Positions 16,834 to 26,072 of a stretch of DNA of 58,707 nt are shown one piece after another. The stretch is from Gemmatimonadota bacterium (GTDB lineage: Bacteria; Gemmatimonadota; Gemmatimonadetes; Palauibacterales; Palauibacteraceae). Where the stretch lies: positions 1-58,707 of the forward strand of contig JBDGZR010000014.1 in NCBI GenBank assembly GCA_039588495.1. The letters run 5' to 3'. The notes under the pieces are model-generated. The model saw only the letters and a list, made by a program, of their open reading frames with translations, made no database searches and was not told the DNA's origin. Within the stretch, counting starts at the first letter, position 1, and every line of letters starts with the position of its first letter. Made by a program: the position numbers and the translations under genes.

Positions 16834-18416
16834 GGCCGGTGCTCTTTCAGGATCTGCTGGGCCGCCAGCCGCCCGGGGGCGCCGCACACACCACCACCCG
16901 GATGGGTGCCGGAGCCGCACTGGTACAGGTTCGCGAGCGGCGTGCGGTAGTTCGCCCAGGCCGGTGCGGGGCGCAGGAAGAAGAGCTGATGCAAGGAGAG
17001 CTCGCCGTGGAAGATGTTTCCCTCGGTGAGTCCGAACGTCTCCTCCATGTCAGCCGGCGTGACGACCTGCCGGTGGATGATGGCGTCCCTGACGTTGGGC
17101 GCGAAACGGCAGAGGGTGTCGATGACCGTGTCGCCGAACGCCTCGCGCCTCTCGTCATCCCAGCCGCCATTCAGCGCGTACGGAGCGTACTGCACGAAGA
17201 TCGACATCACGTGCTGGCCCGGCGGCGCCATGCTCGGGTCGATCATCGAGGGGATGATGATGTCCATGTAGGGACGACGCGAGAACTCGCCGTATTTGGC
17301 ATCGTCGTACGCCCGCTCCAGGTATTCGACGCTGGGACTGATCGACATGGCACCGCGCAGGTGCGGCCCGACGCCCGGCAGCGCCGTGAAATCGGGTAGC
17401 TCGGCCAGCGCGAGGTTCACCTTGCCGGACGATCCGCGGATCCGGAAGCGCCGGATCGAGTCTACGAACTCGGACGGCAGCTCATCCGGCTCGAGCAGCC
17501 CGAGAAAGGTCCGCTTGGGATCCAGGCCGGACACGACGAGGCGCGCCCTGATCTCCTCGCCGCTCTCCAGAGCGACGCCGACCGCTCTGCCACCCTCGTT
17601 GAGGATCCTCTCGACGGACGCCTCCGTCCTGATCTCAGCCCCCAGGCTTCGTGCCGCGGACGCGATCGCCTCGCTCACCGCTCCGGTCCCTCCACGCGCG
17701 AACCCCCAGGCGCGGAACGCACCGTCGATCTCGCCCATGTAGTGGTGGAGGAGCACGTACGCGGTACCGGGTGATCTCGGGCCGAGAAAGGTGCCGATGA
17801 TCCCGCTGGCCGCCATCGTAGCCTTCAGCGCCTCCGTTTCGAACCACTCGTCGAGGTAATCGGCCGAGCTCATGGTCATCAGCTTCACGAGAGCGGTGAG
17901 CTTCTCGCTTCCCAGATCGCGAAAGTGGCGCCCCAGGCGGGCCATCTTGGCCAGGTTTCCGGGTCTCATGGATCCGGGGTCAGGCGGTGCCATGCCGAGG
18001 ATCGGCTTTACGGCCATCGCGAGCTGGAGCATCAGCTGGCCGAACTCGTCGTACGCCTCCGCGTCACGCGGAGAGTGGCGGTAGATCTGCCGCCGGGTCT
18101 GATCGTGGTCGGCCCAGCGGACCAGATAGTCGTCGTTCGGAAGCGGCGTGAACGTGCTCTCGAGCGGCAGGATCTCGAGACCGTGTCGGGCGAGCTCCAG
18201 ATCCTGGATGATCTCGGGTCTGAGCAGGCTTACCACGTAGGAGCACACGCAGTACTTGAACCCGGGGTAGACCTCCTCCGTTACGGCAGCGCCTCCCAGC
18301 ACCGGCCGTCTCTCCAACACCAGGACATCGAGACCGGCGCGCGCCAGGTAGGCGGCGTTGACGAGGCCGTTGTGTCCGCCCCCGACGATCACGGCGTCGT
18401 AGTCCCGAGGCTTCAC
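16830..18416 (-). CDS. FAD-dependent oxidoreductase, PYROXD2 / COG1233 type, copy 2
   Basis: GTG at 18416 overlaps the upstream stop (GTGA). YDAVIVGGGHNGLVNAAYLARAG; VTEEVYPGFKYCVCSYVVSLLRPEIIQDLELARHGLEI closely resembles human PYROXD2 as I recall it. C-terminal GSGTHPGGGV. Confidence 0.85.
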   Translation of the reverse strand: MKPRDYDAVIVGGGHNGLVNAAYLARAGLDVLVLERRPVLGGAAVTEEVYPGFKYCVCSYVVSLLRPEIIQDLELARHGLEILPLESTFTPLPNDDYLVRWADHDQTRRQIYRHSPRDAEAYDEFGQLMLQLAMAVKPILGMAPPDPGSMRPGNLAKMARLGRHFRDLGSEKLTALVKLMTMSSADYLDEWFETEALKATMAASGIIGTFLGPRSPGTAYVLLHHYMGEIDGAFRAWGFARGGTGAVSEAIASAARSLGAEIRTEASVERILNEGGRAVGVALESGEEIRARLVVSGLDPKRTFLGLLEPDELPSEFVDSIRRFRIRGSSGKVNLALAELPDFTALPGVGPHLRGAMSISPSVEYLERAYDDAKYGEFSRRPYMDIIIPSMIDPSMAPPGQHVMSIFVQYAPYALNGGWDDERREAFGDTVIDTLCRFAPNVRDAIIHRQVVTPADMEETFGLTEGNIFHGELSLHQLFFLRPAPAWANYRTPLANLYQCGSGTHPGGGVCGAPGRLAAQQILKEHRP

Positions 18417-19615
18417 GGGGCGTTCTCCATCGCGCGTTTGCGGGGCGGGTCGTAGAACGGCTTGTTCACGACCCTCGCCTCGGCCCGCTTTCTCCGATGC
18501 TCGACGGTCACCTCCATCTCCAGCCGCGTACCCGGGCCTGCCCACCCGGTCCGGAGATGAGCCAGGGCGATGTACTGCTTGAGAACCGGCGACCAGCAAC
18601 CGCTCGTCGCGTATCCGACCTGCTCTCCCCCCGAGTAGACCGGAACCGATGTGCGCCACGCGGTGGTCGGGAGCCCGGGCGGCAGCCCGGCCTCGGCGTA
18701 GAGCCGCTCGATCGAATCCCACTCGATCTCCAAGCCCTGGAACTGCCACTCCGGTTCTCTCTCCTTCTCCGCCGCAAGGGCCTGGCGGCCCACGAACGGG
18801 CCCTTGTCAAGCTTTACGGTCCAGCCGAGATCCAACTCGAAGGGCGAGGATTTGCGCTCCTCGATCAGCGCCTTGTTCGCGGGGATGTAGTCGACGTCGA
18901 TGAGCGGCAGCCCGGCCTCGATCCTCGCCACATCCAGCGCCAATATGCCGGCCGGAATCAGACCGTACGCGGCTCCGGCCTCTACGAGCCCGTCCCAGAG
19001 AGCCACGGCCTGAGCCGCCTCGACCCAGAGCTCGTACCCGAGGTCACCCGTGTAACCAGTGCGGGAGATGGTTGCCGGGATGCCGGCCACCCGGGCGTGG
19101 GTGAGCTTGAAGAAGCCCAGGTCGCCCAGCGGGACATCCGATATCCCCTGGAGGATCTCCCGCGAGGCGGGCCCCTGGAGCGCGAGCGCCGCCAGCGCCT
19201 CGGTGATGTCCCCGATCGTGACATCGAGGCCGGTGGATACATCCTGCAGCCAGCGCAGGTTCGGCTCCGCCGCCGTGAGGCGAAAAGCATCCGGGTCGAG
19301 ACGTGACAGCGTCCCGTCATCGATGACCTTGCCCGCCTGATCGCACCAGGGGGTGTACAGAACCTGGTGCACCGCGCAGCGGGCGACGTCGCGGGGGATA
19401 AGGCGATTCAGAAAGCGCTCCGCATCGGGCCCGGTGACGTGGTACTTGTACAGAGGCGAGACGTCGATCAGCGCGGCGGCGGTGCGGATCGCGAAGTACT
19501 CGCGATCGTGAAGGAGTTCGTACGAGCCGGCCACGATATAGCCGGCCCAACGACGCCAGTTGTGCGCCTGGCAGAGAGCTGCGGTCCTGGCGTGGAACGG
19601 CGTGCCTCTGAGCAC
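18413..19615 (-). CDS. Aminomethyltransferase (GcvT/folate-binding) family protein, stand-alone
   Basis: GTG start with GAGAGGAGA upstream. GcvT-type motifs (ALIDVSPLYKYHVTGPDAERFLN, ISRTGYTGDLGYELW). No gcvH or gcvP nearby. Confidence 0.85.
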   Translation of the reverse strand: MLRGTPFHARTAALCQAHNWRRWAGYIVAGSYELLHDREYFAIRTAAALIDVSPLYKYHVTGPDAERFLNRLIPRDVARCAVHQVLYTPWCDQAGKVIDDGTLSRLDPDAFRLTAAEPNLRWLQDVSTGLDVTIGDITEALAALALQGPASREILQGISDVPLGDLGFFKLTHARVAGIPATISRTGYTGDLGYELWVEAAQAVALWDGLVEAGAAYGLIPAGILALDVARIEAGLPLIDVDYIPANKALIEERKSSPFELDLGWTVKLDKGPFVGRQALAAEKEREPEWQFQGLEIEWDSIERLYAEAGLPPGLPTTAWRTSVPVYSGGEQVGYATSGCWSPVLKQYIALAHLRTGWAGPGTRLEMEVTVEHRRKRAEARVVNKPFYDPPRKRAMENAP

Positions 19616-19823
19616 CGAACGTCTCCTCTCTCGTGACGCAACGGAGGCCGACCGTTCTCAGATGGCAGCCCCATCGCCGAGAAGCAAGGGCCGCGGGTGT
19701 GGATCAAGCCACGCGAGGCCGCCGAGGACTCGCGGAAGCAGCACGCTTGCCGGGCCGTACGGGCGCGGAGCATACTGGGCGCGTTCGTTCAGCCGTTCAC
19801 CGACTCACCGGATCGAGGAAGCC

Positions 19824-20777
19824 GTGGCCGGTTACGCGCGCGTCCAAGCGTTGATTGATGCGGATCGCCCCGCGCTGCTCGACGGGGCGCTGGGCAGCGA
19901 GCTCGTGCGCCGTGGCGTGCGCTGGCGCTGGCACGGCCTTCGCACCGATCCGCAGGAGGTCGCGTCGCTTCACGTCGAGTACATCGAAGCCGGGGCGGAC
20001 GTCATCCGCACCAACACCTCGCAGCTGAACCACCGACTCTACCTCAACGTCTTCCGCAGCCCGGACCACATGCGGCACATCGGAGCGCCGGGGCTGGAGA
20101 CGCGCGCCCATGAGCTCACGGTGCGGGCGGTCGATCTCGCCCGCCAGGCGCGCGACACGACCGGACGGGACGTGGCCATAGCCGGCGTCATGGCGCCGCT
20201 CGAGCACCCCTTCAGGCCGGACCTTTCCCCCGACCCGGCCGAGGCTCGCCCCGAGCACTGGCAGATCGCCTCCTGGCTCAAGGAGGGCGGCGTGGATCTC
20301 ATTCTCCTGGAATCCATGAACACCGTCGGCGAGGCACGGGCGGCGGCCGAGGCAGCAATCAGCTCCGGACTGCCGGTGTGGGCCAGCTTCGTGATCGGCC
20401 CGGAGGGCGACGTGCTCGGTGGTGACAACCTTGGAGAGTGCGCCCGGGCCATGCAGGCCCTCGGCGTGAAGGCCGTGCTGGTGAACTGCGCACCGCCGGA
20501 AGACATCGGCCCGGCCGTGAAGAGCCTGTCAGCCGAAACGGATCTGCCAATAGGTGCCTTCGCCCACATCGGCAAGTTCGACCCTCCCTCATGGAAGTTC
20601 GAGTTCCACCCGCAGTTCGCCGCTGCAGATGACTGGCCGCCCGGCCGCTACGCCGAGGCCGCCGCCGGCTGGCGAGATGCCGGAGCGCGCGTCGTGGGCG
20701 GGTGCTGCGGCACCGGACCCGCGCACGTAGCGGCACTGCGCGATGCGCTCGGCCCGGCAGCGGGGGAGGACGCATGA
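19824..20777 (+). CDS. Homocysteine S-methyltransferase-domain protein 1
   Basis: GTG at 19824 with GAGGAA upstream. LLDGALGSEL at the N-terminus, C-terminal GGCCGTGPAHV (Zn/Hcy-binding Cys motif). The upstream part of ORF 19560.. is not protein-like. Confidence 0.8.
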   Translation: MAGYARVQALIDADRPALLDGALGSELVRRGVRWRWHGLRTDPQEVASLHVEYIEAGADVIRTNTSQLNHRLYLNVFRSPDHMRHIGAPGLETRAHELTVRAVDLARQARDTTGRDVAIAGVMAPLEHPFRPDLSPDPAEARPEHWQIASWLKEGGVDLILLESMNTVGEARAAAEAAISSGLPVWASFVIGPEGDVLGGDNLGECARAMQALGVKAVLVNCAPPEDIGPAVKSLSAETDLPIGAFAHIGKFDPPSWKFEFHPQFAAADDWPPGRYAEAAAGWRDAGARVVGGCCGTGPAHVAALRDALGPAAGEDA

Positions 20778-21697
20778 GCTATCACGCGATCCGCTCCCGT
20801 ATCGACGGGGGTGACGTGGTGATCCTGGACGGCGCCATCGGGACCGAGATCCTCCGGCGTAACCTCTCCTGGGCCGATCATCGCCTGAAGGACGAGCCGG
20901 ATGCTATCCGCGACCTTCACGCGGACTACATCCTCGCCGGTGCGGACGTGCTCACGACGAACAGCTTTCAGCTGGCCCGCCGCAGCTTCCTGGGGCACTT
21001 CCGTGACGAGGCCCACATGCGCCACATCGGTGCGCCCGGGCTCGAGAATCGGGCTGGCGAGCTGCTGGCGGCCTCGGTGGAGCTGGCGCAGGAGGCGCGC
21101 GCCAGTGTGGCCACGGAGCGATCCGTGGCGATCGCCGGTGCCGTCACGACGCTCGAATGGTGCTTCCGTCCGGACCTGGCTCCCTCCGAAGCCCAGATGC
21201 GGGGAGAGTACCGCGAGATCATGGAGGTGCTCGCGGACGCCGGGGCGGATCTGATCCTCCTCGAAACGGTGAACAGCATCCGGGAGGCCTCGGTGGGCCT
21301 GGCGGCGGCGAGCGAGGCAGGCCTTCCCTGCTGGGTCAGCTTCGTCTGCGACGAGGATGGCCTGCTGTTTACGGGGGAGACGATGGCCCAGGCGCAGGAG
21401 GCGCTCGCCCCGCTCGAGCCGGACGCGGTCATGGTCAACTGTGCCCCGCCGGATGACACCACCGCGGGCCTTCGCGAGCTACTCGAGAGTCGGAGCGAGC
21501 CGTGCGGACTCTATCCGCACATCGGCCGCTTCGACCCGCCCGAGTGGCTGTTCACCGACGAGTATCCGCCGCCGCGCTATCTGGAGGAGGCGGAACGGTG
21601 GGCCGATATGGGGGCGCGTATCATCGGCGGATGCTGCGGCACGACCCCCGAGCACATCCAGGCGATCGCACGTCGCCTGGGCGACGGAGCAGCCTAG
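20774..21697 (+). CDS. Homocysteine S-methyltransferase-domain protein 2
   Basis: ATG at 20774 overlaps the preceding stop (ATGA). ILDGAIGTEI and GGCCGTTPEHI motifs. Paralogous to the preceding gene. Confidence 0.85.
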   Translation: MSYHAIRSRIDGGDVVILDGAIGTEILRRNLSWADHRLKDEPDAIRDLHADYILAGADVLTTNSFQLARRSFLGHFRDEAHMRHIGAPGLENRAGELLAASVELAQEARASVATERSVAIAGAVTTLEWCFRPDLAPSEAQMRGEYREIMEVLADAGADLILLETVNSIREASVGLAAASEAGLPCWVSFVCDEDGLLFTGETMAQAQEALAPLEPDAVMVNCAPPDDTTAGLRELLESRSEPCGLYPHIGRFDPPEWLFTDEYPPPRYLEEAERWADMGARIIGGCCGTTPEHIQAIARRLGDGAA

Positions 21698-21772
21698 ACC
21701 AGCTGTCGGAGAGCAGGCCTCCGAGCCGCCTTGGCCAGGAGCGAGGTGATCGAAGTGGGCGAAGCCACGCGA

Positions 21773-22306
21773 ATGCGGCGGAACGACCGGGCGATGGATG
21801 ACGGCTGGATCCGTGCGTTTCTCGCGACGGCCCCGGTCGGCGTCGTCGCGACGGTGGATGACGGACAGCCGTTCCTGAACTCCAACCTCTTCGTGTACGA
21901 CGAATCACGTCACGCGATCTACGTGCACACCGCCCGGACCGGGCGAACGCGGGGCAACATCGAGGCGGACGAGCGGGTCGCCTTCACGGCGTTCGAGATG
22001 GGTAGGCTGTTACCCGCCGACGAGGCGCTCGAGTTCAGCGTCGAATACGCCGGCGTCGTGGCCTTCGGGAGGGCGACGGTCGTCGTCGACGCCGAAGAGG
22101 CGGAGGAGGGCCTCCAGCTGCTGCTGGACAAGTACGCCCCGCAGCTGAGGCCCGGCCGCGACTATCGACCGATCACCCCCGATGAGCTGCAGCGGACCTC
22201 CGTCATGCGGATCGACGTCTCGGAATGGAGCGGAAAGCGGAAGGAGGCGGAACCCGACTTCCCGGGTGCCTTCCGCTATCGCGACCAGGCACCGGGAGGG
22301 TCGTGA
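21773..22306 (+). CDS. Pyridoxamine 5'-phosphate oxidase-like FMN-binding family protein
   Basis: The MRRNDRAMDD... N-terminus is typical of the NimA/PNPOx-like split-barrel family. The alternative TTG at 21731 lacks an SD. Confidence 0.72.
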   Translation: MRRNDRAMDDGWIRAFLATAPVGVVATVDDGQPFLNSNLFVYDESRHAIYVHTARTGRTRGNIEADERVAFTAFEMGRLLPADEALEFSVEYAGVVAFGRATVVVDAEEAEEGLQLLLDKYAPQLRPGRDYRPITPDELQRTSVMRIDVSEWSGKRKEAEPDFPGAFRYRDQAPGGS

Positions 22307-22322
22307 GCCCCGTAGGGTCCCT

Positions 22323-22421
22323 CTATCTCTTCTTCTTCCGCCGGGCGTGCAGCTGGCGCCGCTTCTTGCGGCCCATCTTTCGACGCCCGGACTTTTTCAG
22401 CTTCGGCCTTTTTCGAGCCAA
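22323..22421 (-). CDS. Candidate 32-aa highly basic micro-protein (bS22-like?), not in the ORF track
   Basis: TTG at 22421 is preceded by AGAAGGGGA, with 4 nt (TTCC) between it and the TTG. It encodes (M)ARKRPKLKKSGRRKMGRKKRRQLHARRKKKR and stops with TAG at 22323-22325. It resembles the actinobacterial/Bacteroidetes small ribosomal protein bS22 (..KKRRKRMSKKKHRKLL..) as I recall it. Confidence 0.4.
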   Translation of the reverse strand: MARKRPKLKKSGRRKMGRKKRRQLHARRKKKR

Positions 22422-22638
22422 GGAATCCCCTTCTATCGTTGCATCGCCCTATGTCGGCGCACTCTGCGACCCCACCAACTAGCGGGTCGAGGGGCCTCGC
22501 GTCAACCGACCGCACGGGCGAACCCGCGGTCGCCGCGGACGCTGCAGACGTTCTGTCGGCGCGGCCGGTCTGGCTGCGACGGCTCGTCGGCTGCACGTTG
22601 TCGGGTCAATTCTCGGACAGGAGACACCAGGAGGCACG

Positions 22639-24750
22639 ATGAAGCTCAAGCTCCCGTTGACCGTAGCCGTCGGCGCAGCCGTCGCCATCGCCGGCTGCAC
22701 GCAGCCTGACGCCGGATCGCAAGGCACGGCCGCCGAGGGCGGAACGGTCGTCGACGGCGAGACGCTGGCCGCCGTGGGGAACGGCGAGAACTGGCTTGCC
22801 TACGGGAGGAACTTCAGCGAGCAGCGTTACAGCCCGCTCGCGCAGGTGGATGACGGCAACGTCTCCGAGCTCGGCGTCGCCTGGTACGTCGATCTGCCCA
22901 ACGACCGCTCCCTCACCGGCACCCCGCTGGCGGTGGACGGCACCCTCTACTACGAGGGGAGCTACAACGTTCTCCGTGCCGTCGATGCGAAGACCGGTGA
23001 GCTGCTGTGGGAATACGATCCGCAGGTGATCGAGACGGCAGGTGACCGACTTCGGGTGGTGTGGGACTACAGCCGCGGCATCGCCTTCTGGAAGGGTGCG
23101 GTCTACCAGGCGACGATGGACGGCCGCCTGATCGCCGTCGACGCGCGGACCGGCGCCGAGCTGTGGAGCCAGATGACCTTAGACCCGGAGCTGCCGCTCT
23201 ACATCACCGGCGTCCCCAAGGTCTTCAAGGACAAGGTGATCATCGGAAACGGCGGGACGGAGTTCGGCGCGATCCGCGGCTACGTGACAGCCTACGACGC
23301 GGCCACCGGCGAGCAGGCCTGGCGTTGGTGGACGGTGCCCGGAAACCCGGCCGACGGCTTCGAGAACGAAGCGATGAGGATGGCCGCCGAGACTTGGACG
23401 GGCGAGTGGTGGAAGGTCGGCGGCGGCGGCACGGTGTGGAACGGGATCACCTACGATCCCGATTTTGACGTCGTCTACCTCGGAACCGGCAACGGGGCTC
23501 CGTGGAACCCGAAGATCCGGAGCCCGGAGGGCGGCGACAACCTGTTCCTCTGCTCGATCGTCGCCCTCGACGCCGACACCGGCGAGTACCGCTGGCACTA
23601 CCAGACCACGCCGGCCGAGGCCTGGGACTACAACTCCAACATGGACATCGTGCTGGCTGACATCACGGTCGAGGGCCGCGACGTGAAGGCCCTCATGCAC
23701 GCCCCCAAGAACGGCTTCTTCTACGTGATCGACCGCTCAACCGGCCAGCTCATCTCGGCCGAGCCGTTCGCGAAGACGACCTGGGCCACGGAGATCGACC
23801 TCGAGACCGGCCGGCCCGTCGAGGTCCCCGGCGCCCGCTACGAGGAAGGCGAGGTGGAGATCTTCCCGAGCGCCTGGGGCGCCCACACCTGGCACGCGAT
23901 GTCGTACAACCCCGGCACCGGTCTCGCCTACGTCCCTACGATGGACATCGGCGCCGTTTACTCGGACGAGGGCATCGACATTCAGACCTGGGAGTCTCCC
24001 GACTGGACCTTCGAGGGCGCCGGACTGGACATCACGGTCGCGGGGGCCGAGACCTCGGTGAGCGCCCTCAAGGCGTGGGATCCGGTGGAGCAGAGAGCCG
24101 CCTGGGAGGTGCCGCTGCCGGGCGTCTGGAACGCGGGCACGCTGACGACGGCTGGCAACCTGGTCTTACAGGGCCGGGCGGACGGCCGGCTGTTCGCCTA
24201 TCGCGCGGACGACGGCTCGGTGCTGTGGAGCGTCGACCTCGGCTCCGGGATCTCCGCGGCTCCGATCACGTATGCGGTCGACGGCACCCAGTACGTCTCC
24301 ATCCTCGTCGGTTGGGGTGGAGGGATGCCCGCATTGGGCACCACGCTGCCGGCCCAGCATGGATGGGCCTATCGGGTGCATCCGCGCCGGCTGGTGACCT
24401 TCGCGCTCGGCGGCGAGCTGGAGCTGCCGCCCTCCCCGCCACCTTTCTTCCCCGAGCCGCTCGTCACGCCCGACTTCGTGGTCGACCCGGCGCTCGCGGA
24501 GGCCGGAGGATCGATCTTCCCCGGCAAGTGCGCGATCTGTCACGGCTTCGGGGCCGTGGCGGGCGGGTCCGCGCCGGATCTGCGCGCTTCTCCCGTCGTG
24601 CTCTCGCGCGAGGCGTTCATGGAGGTGGTGCTGGGTGGCGGCCGCAGGGAGATGGGGATGCCGCAGTTCAGCGATCTGTCCGAAGTCCAGGCCAGCGCGC
24701 TTCAACACTACATCCGCTCGCAGGTGCCGAACGAGGCGGAAGAGGAGTAG
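22639..24750 (+). CDS. PQQ-dependent alcohol dehydrogenase, quinohemoprotein type (C-terminal cytochrome c domain)
   Basis: 703 aa. Lipoprotein-type signal (VAIAGC). Eight-bladed propeller W-motif repeats. C-terminal heme site CAICHG with a downstream Met. CAGGAGG SD. Confidence 0.9.
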   Translation: MKLKLPLTVAVGAAVAIAGCTQPDAGSQGTAAEGGTVVDGETLAAVGNGENWLAYGRNFSEQRYSPLAQVDDGNVSELGVAWYVDLPNDRSLTGTPLAVDGTLYYEGSYNVLRAVDAKTGELLWEYDPQVIETAGDRLRVVWDYSRGIAFWKGAVYQATMDGRLIAVDARTGAELWSQMTLDPELPLYITGVPKVFKDKVIIGNGGTEFGAIRGYVTAYDAATGEQAWRWWTVPGNPADGFENEAMRMAAETWTGEWWKVGGGGTVWNGITYDPDFDVVYLGTGNGAPWNPKIRSPEGGDNLFLCSIVALDADTGEYRWHYQTTPAEAWDYNSNMDIVLADITVEGRDVKALMHAPKNGFFYVIDRSTGQLISAEPFAKTTWATEIDLETGRPVEVPGARYEEGEVEIFPSAWGAHTWHAMSYNPGTGLAYVPTMDIGAVYSDEGIDIQTWESPDWTFEGAGLDITVAGAETSVSALKAWDPVEQRAAWEVPLPGVWNAGTLTTAGNLVLQGRADGRLFAYRADDGSVLWSVDLGSGISAAPITYAVDGTQYVSILVGWGGGMPALGTTLPAQHGWAYRVHPRRLVTFALGGELELPPSPPPFFPEPLVTPDFVVDPALAEAGGSIFPGKCAICHGFGAVAGGSAPDLRASPVVLSREAFMEVVLGGGRREMGMPQFSDLSEVQASALQHYIRSQVPNEAEEE

Positions 24751-24765
24751 CGGCGGAGCGGTTTC

Positions 24766-26046
24766 TCAGTTCGGGGCGTGCACTCCCGGCCCGCCGTAGT
24801 TGCGCTCTGATCCGACCGTGGGCCCGCTCGGATTCAGGGGCCCGCGGTCGTTCTCCTTCCTGGCGATGTACTGACGGATCGAGCCCGGAAACGGCTGTGT
24901 CTGCGCGTTCCGCCCCATGGGGTCCGAGTACCATATCTCGGGCCCTTCGGCGTTGCTGAGGCGGTTGGAGTTGATGTCGAAGCTCCGGCGCACGCCGTTG
25001 AACGCCGACCGGGGATCGTCGAAGCTCAGGTTCTGCAAGAAGCCTTCCCCCGTGCTCTCGGCGCAGGCCCCGCCTCGCGCCCGCCGCCCACCGATCGTCT
25101 CGTAGCAGATGTCGATCGGGCGTCCTGTGTTGTTGGGCTTCGTGGCATCGTAGAACCGGCTCGGAAGGAAGACGTTGAAGTAGGGGTTGAAGGATGCCAG
25201 CCGGTGCCCGCCCACCGCTCTCACCTGTGCCGAGATCTGCCAGCTCTCGAACAGCGCCTGCCGATCGTTCGAGCGCTCGCCCTCACGCACCAACATGAAC
25301 TCCTCCACGCAGCTGCGGTCGGGAATCCGGCGTTTGCCGCCGCCTTCGGGAGAGTTCGGGGGCGAAGGTGGCCCCACGTGCACATGCACGTCCCCATCGC
25401 AACGCCGCACGAACTCTCCCGGTGTGCCTATCGCGGTCAGCATGGTGACGCCGAACGCGGTCCCATCCGAACAATCGATGTGATAGATGATCTCGTGGAG
25501 GTTGTTGGTGAACGCATCCTTCGAGTGCGAACCCTGGTGCATCTTCGTGAGGACGTCGCAGCGGATCTCGAACACGGCCGACGAGGCGTCGCCTCCGAAC
25601 TTCATCCGCACGTCGTTCTCCCACTCGACCTTGTGCCCGACGTGGTCCTCGTGGCGCGCCGTGAACGGGTCGTAGATGTCCAGCTGCTCGTTGGCGTAGC
25701 CGAACTGGATCGGCCCCACCTTGCCGAACAAGTCGGAATCGGAGGGGTCGCGGCCGTGCTCGTGGCCGAACGTGCACCCGGTCGCTGGATCGACAGGAGG
25801 ATGCCAGGTCGGATAGAGCTTTCCATCCGGCCCCTCGGCGGCGTACGAATCGTGCGACTGCTTCGTGCACGTGTCCTGTGAGCTCGGCTCCCAGCGGCCG
25901 TAGGCCGCGCTGAAGCCGTTGGGCGCGATCCCGGGGCCGGATGTATTGGTCTCGCAGGCCGGGGCAAGGAAAATCAGGAGCAGGAAGAGCACGAACAGGA
26001 CCCGCTTCCGGGCCCGAGAGGACGGGTCGACGAACGGTGCGTACAC
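24766..26046 (-). CDS. Cys/His-rich lipoprotein, unknown function
   Basis: GTG at 26046 has GGAG 6 nt upstream (the ORF extends to 26070). Signal RKRVLFVLFLLLIFLAPAC. Motifs HPPVDPATGCTFGHEHG, HEDHVGHKVEW, and many Cys. Confidence 0.7.
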   Translation of the reverse strand: MYAPFVDPSSRARKRVLFVLFLLLIFLAPACETNTSGPGIAPNGFSAAYGRWEPSSQDTCTKQSHDSYAAEGPDGKLYPTWHPPVDPATGCTFGHEHGRDPSDSDLFGKVGPIQFGYANEQLDIYDPFTARHEDHVGHKVEWENDVRMKFGGDASSAVFEIRCDVLTKMHQGSHSKDAFTNNLHEIIYHIDCSDGTAFGVTMLTAIGTPGEFVRRCDGDVHVHVGPPSPPNSPEGGGKRRIPDRSCVEEFMLVREGERSNDRQALFESWQISAQVRAVGGHRLASFNPYFNVFLPSRFYDATKPNNTGRPIDICYETIGGRRARGGACAESTGEGFLQNLSFDDPRSAFNGVRRSFDINSNRLSNAEGPEIWYSDPMGRNAQTQPFPGSIRQYIARKENDRGPLNPSGPTVGSERNYGGPGVHAPN

Positions 26047-26072
26047 GGCCGGCTCCTGGTGGATGGTCACTC

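Noticed and set aside
15250-16950. 566-aa plus-strand ORF antisense to flavoprotein 1 (also 16839..17399 and 17925..18455, antisense to flavoprotein 2)
   Set aside because: No motifs and an Arg/Gly/Pro-rich composition. The minus-strand frames carry unambiguous FAD-binding and PYROXD2-like motifs.
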